Assembly (NCBI GenBank): GCA_014905635.1
Contig: JABVCE010000016.1
Coordinates: forward strand, 62,001 to 126,000
Reading direction: 5' to 3'
DNA: 64,000 bases
From: Scenedesmus sp. PABB004
Taxonomy: Eukaryota
The stretch's first letter is position 1. Every line of letters starts with the position of its first letter. The notes below the pieces were generated by a model. That model was not told where the DNA came from. It ran no database searches and worked only from the letters and a program-made list of their open reading frames with translations. Shown piece by piece: positions 61,546 through 64,000 of this stretch. The position numbers were made by a program, and so were the translations under genes.

Positions 61546-62228
61546 TCAGTGCGTGTCGGCGCCCTCGTTGGGGATCGCGTGGCCCTGCCGCGTCTCTTCG
61601 GGGTCGACTCGCCGCTCGCCGCTCGGGTCCCCCCCAAACTCGGCGGTCGTCGACGTCGCGTGCCGCCCCGCAGACTCGGCCGCGCGCAGCGCCGCGCCCG
61701 CGCGCGTGCCGGGGTCAGCGCCGGGCAGCCAGCGCCGGTTGGCGTCGTCCGCGCGCGCCGCGCGGCCGGCCTCGCCGCCGCGCGCCGCGGGCTCGCCGCG
61801 CGGCCCGTGGCCGCGAACACCCACCAGGGCAGGTCGCTGTGCTCAGCGCCGTAGCCGCCGCCACCGCCGTCAGCGCTGGGGGGCTCGGCCGCGGCCGGCT
61901 CGCCGCCGCGCGGCCGTGCTGCGCTCGTTGCGCTCTCGAAATCGCCGTCGCCGGGGCTGAACAGCGGCTCGCCGGCAGTCGCGCACGCAATCTCGTCCGC
62001 CTCAATCTCGGTCGGGCTGCGCGCCGCGCCGCCCTCCACCTGCCCGAGGCGCGCAAGGTCCGCGGCAATGGAGCCGCTGGCGGGGCGATCGCCGCGGTCG
62101 CGTGGCGGCGACGCCGCGGCCGCCGACGCCGCGATCCTGCGCGCTGCGGCGGCGGCGGCGGCGACAGCGGCGGGGCGCGCCGCCGCCGCCGCGCGCGCGG
62201 CGAGGGCGAGGGCGGGCAGGGCCACCAT
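61546..62228 (-). CDS. Small hydrophilic protein with a mitochondrial-like targeting peptide; apparent frameshift near 61828
   Basis: [19 protein letters not shown].. N-terminus and an acidic body. The protein-like sequence continues in another frame to ..NEGADTH*. Confidence 0.45.
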
Positions 62229-62531
62229 GATCGTGGCGGGCTGGGGGCGGTGGGCGGGCTGCTGCACTCTCCGCGCTCGCGCGCCGGGCTCGGCAGCAGC
62301 GGCGGCGGCCTTGTGCTCGCGCGTGCGTGCGTGCAGTGGCTGGGCGCTGCCGAGGCGGCGTGGGGCGTGTGCAGGCCGCGCCGCGGCGTCGGGGCGCGGT
62401 GTGGGCACCGCCGCCGCCGCAACGCGCGCGCGCTGGGCCCAGGACTTAACGCGCGGCGTGTTGCAGCCGCGCCCCGCGCACGCAGGGGCGTCCGGGGTAA
62501 AAGAAGTGGCGCGCAGCGGCGCACCGCCAAC

Positions 62532-64000
62532 TCACGCGGGCGTGCCGGGCCTGCCCGCGCTGCGCCGGCGCTTGCCGCCGCCGCCGGGCGCGCCGGCCGC
62601 TTCTGCAGCGGCCGCCGCGTCGCCCGCGGCGCCGTCCGCGTCGCACGCGTCGCCCAGCGAGCGCTTGCGCGCGCTGCGGCGCGCCGGCGGCGCGGTCGGC
62701 GATGGAGCCGCGCCGCCCGCGCCGCCGCGCGGCGCGCGCTCCCCGCCCTTGCGCTCCTGCTCATTCGCCGCGCCCGGCTGCACCCGCCGCTCCGCCGCGC
62801 CGCCGCGGGGGCTGCGCGCCGGCCGCCGCGCGGCCGCGGGCACGGGCGCCGCGCCGCCGCCGGCCCCCGCGCCGCGCCTGCGCCCGCCCGGCGCCGCCTC
62901 GTCGTCGCTGCCGGCGCCCGGGCACTCGCCGTTGGCGCTGCTGCTGCGCGCGCGCCGCGACCGCGCGCCGAGCGAGGCGGTCCCGCCCTCGACACAGCCG
63001 CTCGAGTGCTGCTCCGCGGGGGCGGCAGGGGCCTGCTGGCGCTCCCGCTCCGTCTGCTCCGTCTGCTGCTGCTGCTGCGCCGCCCGCGCATCCTGCTGCT
63101 CCGGCTCCTCGCTGCCCTCCCCCGCCGCGCGCTTGGCGCGCCGGCGGCGCGGCTTCGACGCCGCCGCCGCCGGCGGCACCGCCTGACCGTCGCTGCCCGC
63201 GCCCAGCACGAGCTGCAGCCCCGGCAGGCGCCGGCTGACGGGCTCGCCGGCGCCGGCGGCGCCGCCCTCGCCCTCACCCTCGCCCGAGGGCGGCCAGAGG
63301 CCGTTGGCGGCCATCACCGCGCGCACGGCGGGCTTGCGCGCGAGCGAGCGCCGCACGGCCACAATCTCGGCCTCGTCCCGGTAGCGGCTGCGCGGCTCGA
63401 TCGTTGGGATGCGGCTGCCGTACGCCGCCAGCACCGCGAGGTCGCGCGCGTGCACCGCCTGACGCGACGCGGCGCGCGGCGCGGGTCAGGTCAGGTCGGC
63501 GGCGGCGGCGCGGGCGCGGCCGCGCACGGCGCGGCGCGCTGCGGGCCTCCACGCGCGCGCGCGCGCGCGGTCGGGACGCCGGAGCCGCCCCCACCTGGCG
63601 CAGGTCCTCGTACTGCCCCACATAGAGGTACTTGAGGCCCTGGGCGCACAGGAAGACCTGCGAGCGCGCGGGCGCGGGCGCGCGCGGGCTCGGCGCGCGC
63701 CGCGCAGGGCCGCGGCGGCGAGGGCGGCGCGCGCAGGCGCGCGCCGCGCGCACCTGCCACTTGCCCTCGCCGCGCGGCTTGATGCCGGGCAGGTGCGCCC
63801 CGAGGCCGGCGCCGCCGGAGGAGGCGGCGGCGGGAGCGCCGCCGGAGGACGCGGCGGCGACGGCAGGCGCCGTGCCGGCGGGCGCCGCGCCGGCGGGCGT
63901 CTCGCGGGCGGGCGCCTCCGCCGGCGCCTCCTCGCCCGCGCCGCCGCTGCTGCCGTGGCTGCTGCCGCGCGTGCGGTGGGGGTGGGGGCTGCCCGCGGCG
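62532..64000 (-). CDS. Divergent AP2-like domain protein, 5' end outside the window
   Basis: Spliced LPGIKPRGEGKWQ|VFLCAQGLKYLYVGQYEDLRQ|AVHARDLAVLAAYG fits the AP2 pattern; low-complexity C-terminus. Confidence 0.6.

Overview
Extremely GC-rich (visually about 80%), gene-dense, intron-rich eukaryotic nuclear DNA. It is most consistent with a chlorophyte green alga, probably Sphaeropleales-like (inferred from TGTAA polyadenylation signals, plastid transit peptides and G|GTGCG donors). Most long ORFs in the six-frame track are GC-content artefacts. Splicing by hand gives about 25 protein-coding genes: GSA aminomutase, DUF1825/STI1-like, C2-domain protein, an unusual P-loop NTPase, a bZIP-like algal protein, a secreted LPMO, a RAP-domain protein, a putative GPI-anchored protein, DUF760, OHP1, a secreted phospholipase, F-box/ApaG SKIP16, eRF3, a COG0523 chaperone, F-box/LRR, a YlqF/RbgA GTPase, SpoVS-like, RWP-RK, two AP2-like factors, ARGLU1, BUD13 and several unknowns. 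Most notable: (1) a complete antisense gene nested in the 2.85-kb last intron of SKIP16, encoding a secreted Lys/Ala/Pro-rich polyprotein of six units each starting at an R[H/T]LL processing-like site (silaffin/prohormone-like architecture); (2) a very high frequency of GC-AG introns (5 of 9 in eRF3, 4 of 9 in COG0523); (3) ~310-bp inverted repeats bracketing the intact YlqF gene; (4) a 32-bp near-perfect palindrome over the SKIP16 stop codon. Family assignments come from remembered motifs, not database searches. CDS coordinates are gene spans including introns.
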